A stretch of DNA of 64,000 nucleotides from Gemmatimonadota bacterium (lineage in GTDB: Bacteria > Gemmatimonadota > Gemmatimonadetes > Palauibacterales > KS3-K002): NCBI GenBank assembly GCA_036475815.1, contig JAZGAL010000090.1, positions 1,613-65,612 of the forward strand. The letters run 5' to 3'. The position numbers and the translations under genes are program-made. Position 1 is the first letter of the stretch; each line of letters begins with the position of its first letter. Shown one piece after another: positions 63,459 to 64,000 of this stretch. The notes beneath the pieces were generated by a model that saw nothing but the letters and a program-made list of their open reading frames with translations, searched no databases and was not told the origin of the DNA.

Positions 63459-64000
63459 TGGCGGCTCCGGAGGCGGAGGATCTCGTTCAACGCATCCGGA
63501 CGGCTTCGGAGACCATCAAGGCTCGTACCCGGATCGAACCGCGCCTGGCGATCATTCTCGGTACGGGCCTGGGCGCGCTGGCCGGAGAGATCGAGGCTGA
63601 GACCGTCATCCCGTATGAGGAGATCCCCGACTTTCCCGTACCGACGGTAGAGAGCCACAGCGGGCGGTTACTGCTGGGTGAACTTTCCGGTCAGCCCGTC
63701 GTTGCCATGCAGGGACGCTTCCACCGCTACGAGGGGTACACGCTTCCACAGGTCGCCTTCCCGGTGCGCGTGATGCGTGCGCTTGGGGCGGAGATACTCA
63801 TCGTGTCCAACGCCTGCGGCGGGATGAACCCGATGTGGGATGTGGGTGACCTGATGTTGATCGCCAATCACATCAACCTGTTGGGCGACAATCCGCTGAT
63901 CGGCCCGAACCTGGATGAACTGGGTCCGCGCTTTCCGGATATGTCGGAGCCCTATGACCTGGGGCTTCAGCGCCTCGCTCTGGATGTGGCGAAGGATGAG
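63458..64000 (+). CDS. punA: purine nucleoside phosphorylase (trimeric PunA type), 5' part; the 3' end lies outside the window
   Basis: ATG shares its A with the upstream TGA. AIILGTGLG, PVPTVESHSGRLLLG, GRFHRYEGY and SNACGG. Open to the window end. Confidence 0.85.
   Translation, partial: MAAPEAEDLVQRIRTASETIKARTRIEPRLAIILGTGLGALAGEIEAETVIPYEEIPDFPVPTVESHSGRLLLGELSGQPVVAMQGRFHRYEGYTLPQVAFPVRVMRALGAEILIVSNACGGMNPMWDVGDLMLIANHINLLGDNPLIGPNLDELGPRFPDMSEPYDLGLQRLALDVAKDE

Overview
The window is a 64 kb, visibly GC-rich stretch of bacterial chromosome (about two-thirds G+C by eye, not computed). It is densely packed with about 65 protein genes, many joined by 1-4 nt ATGA/GTGA overlaps. I found no rRNA, tRNA, CRISPR array, transposase, integrase or prophage gene. 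Most of the content is core or housekeeping: typA, rho, sodA, hutH, ETF-ubiquinone oxidoreductase, an RND efflux triad, fetAB-like exporter, a DEAD-box helicase, NDH-2, rpsU, and the conserved block tilS-hpt-ftsH-folP-cdaA followed by exbB-exbD-exbD-tonB, yggS, a DivIVA-domain gene and punA. Both window edges cut genes: an HDAC-family 3' end at 2-262 and a punA 5' part at 63458-64000. The phylum cannot be determined without a search. The gene content loosely resembles Gemmatimonadota-like or other GC-rich Gram-negative lineages, but that is inference only.

The points most worth a second look are:
1. A perfect sigma54 -24/-12 promoter precedes an orphan three-gene minor-pilin-like operon (PilV/PilW/PilX-like, 40954-43604). 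The window has no major pilin, ATPase, platform or PilY1 gene. A separate decayed pilin N-terminus sits at 49958-50059 next to a (CTCTCA)4 microsatellite.
2. A 693-aa membrane/TPR protein carries eight degenerate 33-nt (11-aa) Gly/Arg/Val repeats, behind a near-consensus sigma54 promoter.
3. A clear TPP riboswitch drives two tandem TenA paralogues, one lacking and one keeping the catalytic Cys.
4. A minus-strand operon links a cytoplasmic BNR/Asp-box protein, an orphan YqeC-like P-loop protein, a decayed small gene and a GT2 glycosyltransferase.
5. At least five disrupted gene remnants are present (GNAT, Fis-type HTH, quinone oxidoreductase, small secreted protein, pilin). Several look like short out-of-frame deletions rather than single-base errors.
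6. A receiver-GAF-GGDEF protein has its phospho-acceptor Asp replaced by Glu.
7. A CPBP-like membrane protein has its Glu-Glu catalytic pair replaced by Gln-Gln.

I see no recognisable defence, toxin or mobile system. All family assignments come from motif recognition in the supplied translations and need database confirmation.
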